NCBI GenBank assembly: GCA_002633005.1
Contig: NMRA01000381.1
Span: 59,057-123,056, forward strand
DNA length: 64,000 nt
From: Phoronis australis
Taxonomy: Eukaryota; Animalia; Phoronida
Reading direction: 5' to 3'
Numbering within the stretch: position 1 is the stretch's first letter; the number at the start of each line of letters is the position of its first letter. Below, in pieces: positions 27,401 to 41,500 of this stretch. The notes beneath the pieces are model-generated. The model did not search any database, had not been told where the DNA came from, and was given only the letters and a program-made list of their open reading frames with translations. A program made the translations under genes and the position numbers.

Positions 27401-29058
27401 GTTCCGTAGATGAGAAAACCTCGCAAAAACGCAAGAGATGCAAGACTTTGCAAGACAAAGTCATTTATTACAAGCAGAGCATATCGCCCAGGGGCTTATT
27501 TTTGGAAATTCTCAGTAGCCATTTATTAGAAGCTATGCAGATGACCTCACTGACTTCCTATATGAGATTCTTGTGTCTATGGAACTCAGCATAGTATAAG
27601 AAAGCATTTTAATAATACTTCAGCAAAACATAAATTATCAGATTCCTTTAAAGTCTGAAAAATTCCTAAATTTATCTATGAATGCTCGAAATGTCTAAAA
27701 ATCTTAGTCATACAGCTCCTGACAAGGGCGCAGGTTACCATGGATTTAACGAAGTAAGCACTTAAAGACCATTATTTATAAACTGGAATGTCATCAAAAC
27801 TCTAAGTGGATATAACTTCACAAGAATGTAAAAATATGGGCTGCCCATTCAACAATGTGAGCGCAGAACCAGAATGACATCAAGACAAAGGTGTGTAATG
27901 GAGAAAAATATTTTCTGAAATTGTAACTCAGTTTTAGTGTCAGACTAAATTAGATCTATTCTTATATCTTCATCAGCTGTGAGAGATAATTCACAAGAGG
28001 CCAATTCCAGCTAATCTCATTATCAGTGGGCATTTATGTTCATGATAACACTAAAATTAAACTTTCCAGTACTTTATGCATCCACAATGTTGAGTTTTAA
28101 TGAGTTACGTGTGTGTTAGCTGAGCACATAACTTCACCCATTATGTAATGACCAATTAAGAATTAGACAACAAAATTTTCGTAATCATTGATTTATCTGA
28201 ATGCACACCGTTACAGTTTTAAAACATTCAAAAATAATGTCTTTCAGAAAAATGTAAATCAGAACGCTGGTCAATAAAACCAGGTGGACTCCCACATAAA
28301 ATGCAAATCTGAACTATGGTCAATAAAGCCAGGTTAATTCCCATGTAAAATCATGATGTTAATAGTCTTAGCCGCACCACACTAGGTGTCCTTACCTTTG
28401 CGTTTTCTGAAGTCCCAGTTGTACAATATCCTTGATGGAATGTAATATTCATCATCACAGTGACACTCATTACAGTAATACGCACCATCGTACGTACACA
28501 CACGACTTTTACCATAGACTGAAAAGACAAGAATTTGTATGAAAAAAAGCTGGCTAGAATGTCATACAACTGAGGCAAACATCAGGGAAGGAGTTTTAAA
28601 CTTTTTCAACAAGAACGCATTGACCAATAAGATGCCAAATGCAAGTACGCACTGACCAATAAGGTGTCAAATAGCTCCTTTTATCAACATATCTGTCAAG
28701 GTTACGTAAGACCTTAGCAATAAGTTTAGAACATCGTACCTCAGAAATGGCTGATCAGATTCACATGATTTTCAGATACTAGGATTTCACACTTTTCTTC
28801 AAACCGCTGTTAGAAATTGTTCTTAACCTGATCCAATTTTGCATTTCAGGGCAGGGGAGCAAACCAGTAGCCTGAATTAACATACTGCAAAAACCACGGC
28901 CGAGTCCAAATGTTTGAATACACTGGCCAATCAGCTGTGGTAGATATTGGTCTTGGTATAACGTGTTATCACCGAACATTTACTCAGTTTGCTCATTTTG
29001 AAGCAGTAACTGCATGTTAGAGCCCAGGAACATAAAGACACTATAACACACACGCACG

Positions 29059-29117
<59 letters not shown>

Positions 29118-29458
29118 CAGGTGTCGCAAAAAAGTCAGGGAATTTTTGACAAGTAATTTCTCAGCAATTGACCACCCAAATTCGTTAAAATTTTTTACAA
29201 TGTATCTTCAGGGTGTCATCAGTAACTCTACAAAGTAACTCAGAGAAATATACGGTAAAGTCGCGTGATTTTCGGACACTGAAAATTAATTCCAATAGAA
29301 AAAATTCATTCTTGGACGAATCTCGCGAAATATCATTTTCTGGTGTCCGAATTTGGCGGACCTCCAAATTTGGGTTTCCGCTAGTGTCCGAATTTCGTGG
29401 GTGTACATTATTTCGATGAGCGGTCGTAGTATCAACAATGCTGGCTCGGTCATTTGAN

Positions 29459-29502
<44 letters not shown>

Positions 29503-32500
29503 CAGGTGTCGCAAAAAAGTCAGGGAATTTTTGACAAGTAATTTCTCAGCAATTGACCACCCAAATTCGTTAAAATTTTTTACAATGTATCTTCAGGGTG
29601 TCATCAGTAACTCTACAAAGTAACTCAGAGAAATATAAAATATAAATGAAGCACTATGAAATTCAACACAGTGGGGTGAAAAATGTAGTATCACTGTGAC
29701 TTTCATTGTGTTCATGTTGTGCTGGCATCTGTCAGTCAAAAAAAATTGCCTGCCTAGATCTCAAGTCTACTGTTTTTTATTGTCAGATCTGTATCTGGTT
29801 TGTGAGGATGCCTTTCAGTGAAAGTGATCAATTTACAAGTAAAACCTGTTTCAAGGAGAAAGGTTGGAAATAAGAAAGAATAATGATAAGGAAGTTCCCA
29901 GGAAAAGGGTGGAGTAGTACGACTATAAATAGACTTATGCTAAAATACGGAACACAGGGTCTGTTGCGTGTAAAAGTGGCAGTGGGAGAGCCAGGACTGC
30001 ATGTTCGAAGGAAAACGAGGAACTGATTCAATCCCAGAAGGACAACCCGGGGAATCATAAATCTCTGAGAGAAGTCGCAACGGATTTACAAATGAGCAAG
30101 CCTTCTATGCAAAGAATGGTGAAAAAAACTGGAGTTAGAAGCCTTCAACAGAATGTGGGTATCTTAGAGAGATCAAAATGTTAGAAGAAAAAGAAAAACT
30201 CGATGCTGCTACTTGCCACTGATGTGAAAAAAATCATTTTCACTAATGAAAAAGACTTTACCCAAGAAATTGCTAAAAATCGACAAAACGATCGTGCTTG
30301 TGGGAAACAAAAACGAGAAATTCAGCTTCTTGATTCTATCATGAGAATTCGAGAATTTCCAAAAACGTAATGATTACCACTGGAGTCTCTTGGGAAGGAA
30401 AAACAAATGTTCATTTTATTGACACTGATAGAGCCAAAGTTAACAGTCAACGCTACATGCAGTTATTGGATGAAAATCTTCTCGCGGATTGCAGGCGACT
30501 TCATCCTGGAAACAATTACATGTTTCAGCAAGATGGGGCTCCTTCACACACGAGCAAGATAACCCTGACTCATCTGAAGGAGGCCACACCAAAATTCATC
30601 AAAAAGGATGAGTTGCCTCTGCTCAGTCCTGACTGCAATCCAGTGGACTTTGCCATATGGGACTCTCTGAAGGAGAAAGTTTACCGGGGAATGAGAGGCA
30701 AATTGACTGAGCAGGAGTTAAAAGACAGGATAATTATGTCATGGGAAGAAATCTCGATGGAAGAAATACGGAAAAGCATTTCTGGTTGGAAGAAATGACT
30801 CCATTTAGTCGTGAAGGAAAATGGAGGCCACACTGAGCATAGACTGAAATAAGAAAGCTTCCCTTTGATATTTTATTTATTGGCCTGATGTTTTTAATTT
30901 GACAGCACTCGCACAATTGGATATAGATCTCTTTGATATTTTGTACATTTGTTGATGATACCTCAAGGTTCACCTGTAAGAAATTTGAGAAAAATCAGTT
31001 TATCCATAAAAAGTGGCTCACTTTTTTGAGACACCTGATGTAAATGTATATGTATATATGTATATGTAGAGTCCACATGGTGAAGTCTTCCTATAATTAG
31101 TATTTGCTGGGTCTGTATTGTAAAGACATTTAGCCATGCACTTGTGGCGACATTATTGAATGAAAACAGTGAATTCTATGCAATTATCTACGAATTCAAT
31201 TCCACAATTCAACATTCCAACCTCACCGACCAATCACTTCAGTGGCTGCCATTTTGTAAGGTTATGCTAGTAAGGTTAGATGAACATACACCCAAAATGC
31301 TCACCCTTCACAGGCATGATTTTGCATGGTCTTGGATGATCTCGCTTCTGTTGCAAGACACTTAGTCTACATAACGTTACCTTGGTTTAAGTTTAGTGTG
31401 GAGCCACTTACTGATTCCAATTGGTCGTTGGCATCCCATACACTGGTAGGACTGCTTGTCCAAGCCCTTCTCATGACAGATGACACACACCAGACCAAGC
31501 AATTCTTCAATTCGCTGACAAAAAAACAAAGAGTTTTATCTCTTAAAAGCGCTTAACCAAATAAACAAAACATAAATAAAAAACATGCTGTCAACTCTCA
31601 GAAATATCCAACCATGAAATTCAGGTTACCAGTTCACTAAAGCAACCATTGAAAAAACACAAAAACTAAATCATCACGTAAGAAGGAATCAAAATGGATG
31701 GCTAGCTTCAAGATGTATTCAAATATTTTCATTGAACATAAGGAACAGAAAGAATTAGTAACCTTATTTCAGAAAGCTGACAGCCATTTAACTATTGGAT
31801 GCACCCTCAGGGGTAGCATATTTAGTTAATGCTTAGGAATGGATGCACTCCAGGAATAAAGTTAGCAGATCTTCACTTGTGGATGTAGGCTACTGGTGGA
31901 GCAGACTTGGCAGATGCAGACGTCTGCTAAAGGAAGTAATGTGGACGTAAAGTTAGCTGATGTTCAATAGTGGATGTACCGTGCGAGTAAAGGAAGGGTT
32001 GAATGATCACACGTGCCTAACTGGATATAACACGGATAGTAAAGTTAGAAGACTTTGATTCTGGGGATAAGGATCTGAAAGTATGATAATGATCATCCAA
32101 ACTCATCCGGGTTGTTGCCCGTGTTCAGCTAAACACATACCCTCGAAATTCCCCAAATTTTCATGCTTAAATGCCTATCCTGTCAATTTATATGACCACA
32201 CATCCTTGAAAGTGCTAGTGCCTTTGTGAACACCTGCTTCATGAGAATTTTAGCTCCCAAAATGTACACACACTAAATTACATTTGAGCAACAGTTGGTG
32301 TCAGCGCCATCTTGCCATGTTCGGCTGATAGAATACATACATTTTATTGAAAATGTGAAATGGTTCTTTTTACTCATGAGCATTCAAATATTATTGTGTT
32401 TGTGTACAAAAATGATAAGAGAATTGAACATTCAAGTAAATGCCCATCTCAATCTTCTCAGACACGTTGTTTTTTTTTGAATTTCCAAATTCAAGTGGCC

Positions 32501-35500
32501 CAAGCATTGACCCAGATGAGTATGGTACATATAAGGAAATAGTAAAACAGATAGTCTCTCAGAGACTGTCTGATAGTTCAATAGTGGCTGATGATGAACA
32601 GGTCAAGAACCTTACGTCACTTTTGTGTATGAAATTTTGAAATTGACCTGCTTCTCTGCCTTTGGATGATGTCAGCAGGTGGTCCTGTATTTACATACAG
32701 TACAATGCTGGCACGTGTTCAGTAATGCTAGGACCTATGCCAGGACCTAGCTAAAATCTAGCCAAAGTCGCGTGATCTCATTTAAAATACACGGCAATAT
32801 CTCACGTAGTCTCGCGAAGTCTTGGCTTTTAGCGAGGTCCTAGCGTTACTGAACGGGAGGCTGCTGAGAGTGAGTGAGCAGTCAAACTTTAAATAAGACA
32901 AAAAAGTTAATGCTTCAAGTTACTATTGCAGTCCCACTGCGAGTGATCTCTTAATGTTTACGCTATGTTTTCTTGCTGCTGTACATCCATTATACAAGAT
33001 ACCACTGAAACAAAATGAGATGAAGAAACAGCAAACTATGTGTTAGAACTAAACTACCACATAAAACCTCACCAACACCCAGATAACATGCAAATGGGAT
33101 TTGAAGTTTCCCTTCACATTGGGGAAACTCTGGTCTATCAAAACTCCATCGCAACTCCCCTATCTTCTTCACAAACTCCTTTCCTTCCAGGGACATCAGA
33201 GTTATAAATAGATGGCGATCAAATCTCTGGATTAAACACCGGATTGCATAAATTAGGTGCTTGTGTTTTCTAGGAGTGGATTTAACCTTCTACACTTCAG
33301 AGGAGTGACATAATTCCACAGTTTAATACAGCTACTTTGAGAGGAGTTGCGATGACTGTTTAAGTCAGGGATTTAAGCTTTCACATTAGCTGTAACTCCT
33401 CAAAATAGGGGAGTTATGAGTACTAAGTGTGAAAGTGTTATTAACACAACAATCACAACCAACAGAGGAAATGACTAACTAAAGATAAGACAAGACACAC
33501 CAACCATGTCAATACCATTATTACTCACTGCATCGGCCTTGCTTGTTGTAAGTGCAGTGTCAACGGACAAAATCTCAAATGAATCTACGTTGCTTATCTG
33601 AGAGGAAATCAAGAAACAAGTTCAAAAACATGTATTGACATGCAGTCAGGCCAATCAGTATGCACGTCTGCAACCAAGCTAATTATAATAACTTACGGTT
33701 AGGCCAATCAGTAAGCACGTCTGCAGCCAAGTTTATTATTAATTGATTAATTGAGACATATACACATGGCCATAGTCAGGCCAATCAGTATTCATGTATG
33801 CAGCCTAGCTTATTATAGTGACATACGGTCAGGCCAACCAGTATGCACGTCTGCAGCCAAGCTTATTATAGTGACATACGGTCAGGCCAACCAGTATGCA
33901 CGTCTGCAGCCAAGCTTATTATAGTGACATACGGTGGTCCAGCCAATCAGTATGCGCATCTGCGGCCTAGCTTATCATAGGGTGCTGTAAACTACCATAA
34001 AAAACACCATGTAGGTGACGACATCACCGTTATAATTATAATTTTATAATCACAATCTTACAACTATACCATTATTATTGTCAGTATTATTGTCACTACT
34101 TGTGGTGGTGCTCGTTATTATTACAATACTGGTATATGTTGTAACAGTTGTTATGACAAAGTACACTCTAATGAATAGTAAGACTGTACACTTACTGATC
34201 AGATACATTTGAACATTTGTATTAAATTACAGCTACCAAATTTGGTGCACACTTAGCATTTCTACAAGTTTAATGTGACATTTCTCTGTTTGTGACCTGC
34301 GACTGAAAAACAAAACTTATTTGCAAAATCAGTTAAAAATTCTACCAAAAGAATCTTGCAACTAAAAATGTTACTGCAAGTTTCAAATTTGTTTTTATAC
34401 CTTAGGACTCAAAAACATGAAACATTAACATAAGTTTCCAATTGTCTTTTCATATGTTAGAACTAAAAATTATCATGTGAGAAATATTTGCATGAATTCC
34501 CATATCAAGAAATTTCAATAAGATAGCAAACAAGAGCAACACACTATGTTGAAATGTGCTCATGACTGCACTGCAAACGGTGTATTTTTAGGGGTGTTCA
34601 TTAGTATCATAAAAATGGACATATGACGGCACAGAATACCGTGAACGGACCTGAAAATGGAAAAGTGTTATGCCCTCTCCCACACAGAATGCTATTTGCT
34701 ACATTTCACAGAAATCAGTCAAAGAGGAAAACGTTAAAACGAAGCAAACTCCCATTAGGAGATGAAGCAGTAGTCTAACCCATCCATGCATCAGTTAACA
34801 GAAATACGCTTATCAAATGGACTCAAATTTTAACAAGATCAATATAGGGGCGTTGACATGTGCTTATGGTGCATCGCATACTACATGTTTCTAAGGGCCA
34901 CTAGGAAGTTTCTGCAGTTACCGAATCACCCGAAAATCGAACCATGCGCATTATAATCATAAGCCTGATTCAAGTTTCATTGAAATCTGTCAATCAGTTC
35001 TCTAGATATATTATCAGGATACGCTCTTCTCCTAAACAACACTTGAAAAGCCCCTTGTCAAAAACAAAATGGTGCAGGTACATAGTCATCACTTACTACT
35101 ATGTAAAGTTCATTGAAATCCGTCAGTCGGTCCTATAGATACCATCCCCAAACAACACTGGCAACTTGACATGATAATGCAGTGGGCAAAATCTGTTGGC
35201 TGGTTCTGTAGATGTCATCTGGAAATTCTAACCCCAAGCAACACTTGAAAACTTGTGACTAAGAGGTGTTACAGTGGTTGTATCTGTCCAACAATAAAAT
35301 GGTGCTGCCGCATTGTCATCACAAACCTCTGCTTCAACTTTCATTGAAATCTTTCACTCCGTTCTCTACATATCATCCGGAAACGCTATCCCACAAAATG
35401 GGCACTAGGAGGCGCTGCAATTGTATCGCCCCGAAAATCACATAGTGCCAGCACAATTTCATTATATGCCTCTGTATTAAGTTCCAATGAAATCAGTTCT

Positions 35501-38500
35501 TCAGATATCAACCGGAAACTCTCGAGCTCCAAAAACAATACTAGAATAGCCCCTCATCAAGAACAAAATGGCCACTAGGACGTGCTGCAGTGGTTGAATC
35601 CACACGAAAATTCAACAATGCTGGCACATTGATATCATGCACTTTGGTGTCAGGATTCAATGAAATTTGTCAATCCATCCGTTCTCTAGATATCACCTAG
35701 AAAAGCTCTTCCTCCAAACTACCAGGGAGCGAGGCAGTTTGACAAGTGGCATGAACCATTTTACTGATGCCTTACACACTTGTGCCAAAGATACTGGGGA
35801 ACTAAAATTGCCACTAGGGGGCACAGGGGTAGTTGGATTGATCCAAAACTGTTGTTCATATCATTAAAAGCACAACTGTCAAATCTCACTAAAATCCTGC
35901 AAGGGGTTCAGGAGATAAAGTCGCGGACGCCTGAACAGAGATATTTATACACCAACAGAATAATTTAGGTTACACGAAAAGTAGTACCAAATCAAAATAT
36001 TTAGAAAATCCAGATATGCCAATACCAGTAAGACACTACTACAACAGCTAAGCGTAGCAATGACATGCGCCAACACTTGCACTGAAAACGGTATGCATTT
36101 ATTAGTACCATAAAATATATATATATATGTCAAAGTTGTCCAAAAGTCGGAAGGGATCGCCTCCCTAGTAGAAAACTATTTGCCAAATTTCAAGAAAATC
36201 CCTCAAGGAGCTTCAAAGATACAGAAGTAACCATGTAAAAACAAATTGCAAATTAGGGGTATAGAGGTAGTCGGATCCATCTTTCTGTTGTTATGTTTAT
36301 AAGGATACACTAGACAAAATTCCGAAATATATTGTAAGGAGTTTAGGAGATACAGCTGCTGATGCAAAAAATAAAACTAGAGGGCACCACAGTAGTTGTG
36401 CCCACCTGAAAATCCACATTAGCCGTGCTCTTGTCAGTAAGAACACATCTGCCAAACTGGCAGATAAGGAAACAAACAACAAAAAATAAAAAATAATAAA
36501 AAGGCCACCTCATGGCGCAGAATATATCGAGGCCATCCCAAAATAGAAAGGTGCACTCATCTTCATAATAGAAAACTTGTTTGCTAAGTTTGATAAAAAA
36601 TATTGAGGAACATCAGCCGTGGTCTTCTCTTCAAGAACATATCTGTCAATTAATTTTCATAATGATCTTTCAAGCAGTTTGGTGCATAGAGGGGCAGATG
36701 TTAAAACGAGACTCAAACTTTGCTTGAATACCCACTTAGTGGCACAGAATAACTTGAATAGGTCTAAAAACTAGAAGGAAACGTCACCTCCTTCATAGAA
36801 ACCTATTTGCCAAATTTCATGAAAATCCATCCAGGAACTCCAAACGCAGAGAGGCAAATGCAAAACTTAACACTGTGATGAAGGAGCATAGCCGTAGTCG
36901 GATCAATCCAAAACTTGTCTGTTGTCAACTTCATATGAACACACCTGACAAATCTCATCAGAATCCTGCAAAGCTTTTAGGAGATACAGCAGCAGATGCT
37001 GCACCCCGGACAGAGATGACAGCAATATGCGCCACATAAGCACATACATGTGTGTGCATAAAAAGAGAGAATGGATTGCAAAATGAGAACAATGAGAAGA
37101 GCAAATTATCAAATTATAAATTATACATTAGAAATAAACATAATTGTCAGTAACATGGCCTTCACCATGAAAATTATACATTAGAAATAAACATATTTGT
37201 CAGTAACATGGCCTTCACCATGCAAATTATACATTAGAAATAAACATATTTGTCAGTAACATGGCCTTCACCATGAAAATTATACATTAGAAATAAACAT
37301 ATTTGTCAGTAACATGGCNTAGTTCTCCTGATTAACTTTCTTGAACTTACTTGATCTTCTCTTGAACTGACTTGATCTCACTGACTTAATCTTCTTGGAC
37401 TCAACTGACTTAATCTTCTTGGACTCAAGTCACTAACACAAACCCGTGCTAGTGTATTTATAGCCTAATGCATAGTTCTAGAACTTTTTATCAATTCAAG
37501 CAAATACCAGAACATTCTGGAACCTACCCAATCATTCTACAAACACATACTAGTCTCTAGAATATTCCAGACTGCATTAATTACTGTCATGTTAGAGTCT
37601 TCTAGAAAGTTCCACACTATACCGTAGTAAACAAATTACATCATCACTGTTCTGACCACAGTCTTCTAGAAAGTTCCACACTATTTAGTAGTAAACACAT
37701 TACATCATCACTGTACTTAACGCAGGGGTCATGCCAATCAAACTGAATAACAAAACAAAACAATACAACTAATAATACTGTCAGACTATATTCTGACACC
37801 ATCCAGGAACTCCAAACGCAGAGAGGCAAATGCAAAACTTAACACTGTGATGAAGGAGCATAGCCGTAGTCGGATCAATCCAAAACTTGTCTGTTGTCAA
37901 CTTCATATGAACACACCTGACAAATCTCATCAGAATCCTGCAAAGCTTTTAGGAGATACAGCAGCAGATGCTGGACCCCGGACAGAGATGACAGCAATAT
38001 GCGCCACATAAGCACATACATGTGTGTGCATAAAAAGAGAGAATGGATTGCAAAATGAGAACAATGAGAAGAGCAAATTATCAAATTATAAATTATACAT
38101 TAGAAATAAACATAATTGTCAGTAACATGGCCTTCACCATGAAAATTATACATTAGAAATAAACATATTTGTCAGTAACATGGCCTTCACCATGCAAATT
38201 ATACATTAGAAATAAACATAATTGTCAGTAACATGGCCTTCACCATGAAAATTATACATTTAGAAATAAACATAATTGTCAGTAACATGGCCTTCACCAT
38301 GAAAATTATACATTAAAAATAAACATAATTGTCAGTAACATGGCCTTCACCATGCAAACTTTCATCAGATCGACAAAAAACACAATTATATACTAAACTG
38401 AACTCCTAATAAAAATACCAAAAACATGAACATTTTAATATTATTAATGAAATGTAACAGTCAACCTCAGTGACCCTAAAGGTACTACTAAGTTCTAATT

Positions 38501-41500
38501 AGTAATTTACTGTGCAGTGCTTACAACACGTTATACTCAACTTTAAGAGATGGAGTATTTTAGGTACAGAAGCATTGCGTGGCATGATCAAATTGTTGTA
38601 CAGGCACTAATAAAGCTTTGCAGGCTCACTTTGGACACATTCAGCTCTTGATGCAGTGCGGGGGTTAAACAATAGGACAGACAGAGAAGTCACTACAAAG
38701 CATGACCACATGGTAGTCTTACTAGGGGTTTGTGATTAGTGATTAAAGACTTAAATCAGAAATTTTGTCTAATGCTCAGCATAGCTATTTTCAAAAATGT
38801 TTTAAAGACTTAAATCAGAAATTTTGTCTAATGCTCAGCATAGCTATTTTCAAAAATGTTTTAATCTACATGTACCAAGTGAACATACAATGTCTCTGAT
38901 AATATACCAAAATTGCTAATTAATCAGATAAGTTGTATAAATTCTTGCCAAAATTGTTATGCGCTAACTATAAGAATGCCACTACTTTATTCACCAACAA
39001 TGAAGACCACATTTCTTACCCAATGCTTAAATCCCTATTCATGAAACTGGCCCCAGGTATAAAAAGGTGCGGATCACCAAACTGTGACTCACCTCAGATG
39101 CAAGTGTAGATTCTGAATTTTCAAGCTTGCCATCACGTGAAAGATCATGTATCATTTCTTGAAGACTGGTGCCAGAGTTCTTCACAGACGTAGAAGTGTA
39201 GTTGCGGAGAAGAGAGTCAAAACTAAACTCTGAAAGTAGCAATACATTGACATGGTTAATTTGTTCAAACCAACACTAAAAATTATGCATGGACTGAGAC
39301 TTAAAGAAAAATCATGGAACATGACTTTGCACAGTTAATGGCAAGAGAAGACTTCAATAAAAACAAAAAAAATTCATTTCTTCTTTCATTCATAAAAACT
39401 CCTACCTCTCTCAACAGACTGTTCTACAGGTAGGTTCTCCTCAACACTGCTGTGTTCTGTCACAAGGCAATCACTCTCTGGTTCAAAGGATGAAGACCAG
39501 CCACTCATCACGCCAAGACTGTTGCCTAGGTTACGCTCCATGTGGTTAGACTCCTCTTCATTTCTCTTAACAACGACATACTTCTCATCACATTCATCAA
39601 CATAATCACAAGTGACTGTCTTGGTACTAGTGTTAAGCACATCTAAACTATCTTTCCTTGACGTAAACACCGAGTCACTTATGTCAGACAGACCAGACAA
39701 GCTGCCAACTACAGGCGTAGCTGAGACATTTGGCAACACTGGCATAAGAGCAGGTGTCTTGTTAAATCCCCCTAGAACCCAGTTGCCCAGCTCTGTTAAC
39801 ACATTTGTTTCTGTAGTGTCTGTAGATCGTACAGGATAAACGTCAGAGTCTCTTCTTGAAGATTTTTCAGTTTCGTCACCAAATGTTTCAACTCTGCTAT
39901 CTACAAAATCTGGATGTGAGATATGACTACCATAAGAGTCCACAGAACTAGCGACTTCATCTTCACGCTTTTCATTAAAACTGGATTTAGCTTTAACATT
40001 AGCAGCCATATCCTGAGCTGTTTCACTGCGCAAATCATGTACATTTATTGGAGAACAAGATTGATGCTCTGCACAGGCGGGCAAAGTTTTACTGACAATA
40101 GGTTTCTGGGTTTTATCTGCAGCGTTGAGAGAAGGGTTTGAGGCAGCTCCTTCACTTGATGACGATGATGATGATGATAACGGTTTCTTGTGGCGCCTTG
40201 ATGGTTTGTGTTCAACTTTAATAGGGCTTGATTGAGAACTAGAGTGAGCGGATAATGAAGGTGAACCTAAAAACAGAAGCAAATATAACGTCTGAAACAA
40301 TATTAGAAAAAAGACAACCAATTTGCATATGTACCCATGTACCGAAATAGGATCTGTATTCACTACATTAATGTACACGTCAACTCAAGTTGTTTTAGCT
40401 CCACTGTATACACTTTTCAGACAGAATAAACCTACCACTTCACCCCTAATGTTACATCTCAGTCATGTTTTGCGCAAAAAATGAAACCTACATGTGAAAT
40501 ACGATGCTCACATGTTTAAATGATTCTTCAATATCAGAATAACGTAATTTGCTTAAAACATAATCTGTCATACCTTACTGTACTTTCATTATTATGAAAA
40601 AGTAGCAAAGATTAGTGCTGATGTGTACGAAGAAACAGAGGGAGAGATTGAGTGATGTACCTGCAGATGTGCCCAATACAGCATGGGGTGTCTCCTGCGG
40701 CGTCAACCAGCCAGACAGAGTCATGCTACCTACAGTCCAACTGTTGAGTTGGCATGAGTTATAAGACAGTTGCAACTTGAAAATAGAAAGACCTGAAAGT
40801 GGCACGTGTAGAGTAATCCTTTATCAACGACAGAATTTGGTGTTTCCGTAAATTAAAGATACAATTTAGTGCAATTAAATGGCAGGGAAGATACTCTTTA
40901 CATTACAATGTTTTTAAAAACAGGTTTTGTAGTAAAAATGATCTGACGCCAATCGACCTTCAGTGACCAGTCAATGAATGCTATGATCTCAGAACCCAAT
41001 ACAACCATTTTTGGTCAAAATCACGAACTCTGAGGGCCATGTAATTCAAACATCGATATGTTGTGATTAAACGATTACAAATCTATACATTTTTCAAAGT
41101 TAATTTACCTTGGAGAAATGTCTTAAATATGCCCACTTGTTCTGAATCTCTAAGATAACTGAACTTGGAGTAGTAATACTTGAGTGGTGTTTCGTCAGCT
41201 AACATTGCGTCAATGTAACTTTCCAACACACAGTCATTGAGGGCAATTCTAATACAGTGTACTCCAGCAGCTCAACACAACAAACAAACACATAAATTGA
41301 TACTCTATACAGTGTACTCCAGCAGCTCAACACAACAAACAAACACATACATTGATACTCTATACAGTGTACTCCAGCAGCTCAACCCAACACAGCATAA
41401 GCAAACTGGCAATTACGTGGGTCAACTGATCCTTTTGAGGATCCCTAAATTTGAGGAACGATAAGTAATTAAGCTATATCCTCTGCATTGGCATACCTTA

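Noticed and set aside
31800-32080. Possible extra PLEKHM1 exon behind the TTTCAG acceptor near 32075
   Set aside because: Stops in all three frames; looks like a degenerate TAAAGTTAG/GGATG repeat.
39386-40378. 330-aa ORF as a standalone gene
   Set aside because: It is the large linker exon (40266-39406) of the PLEKHM1-like gene plus intronic read-through.
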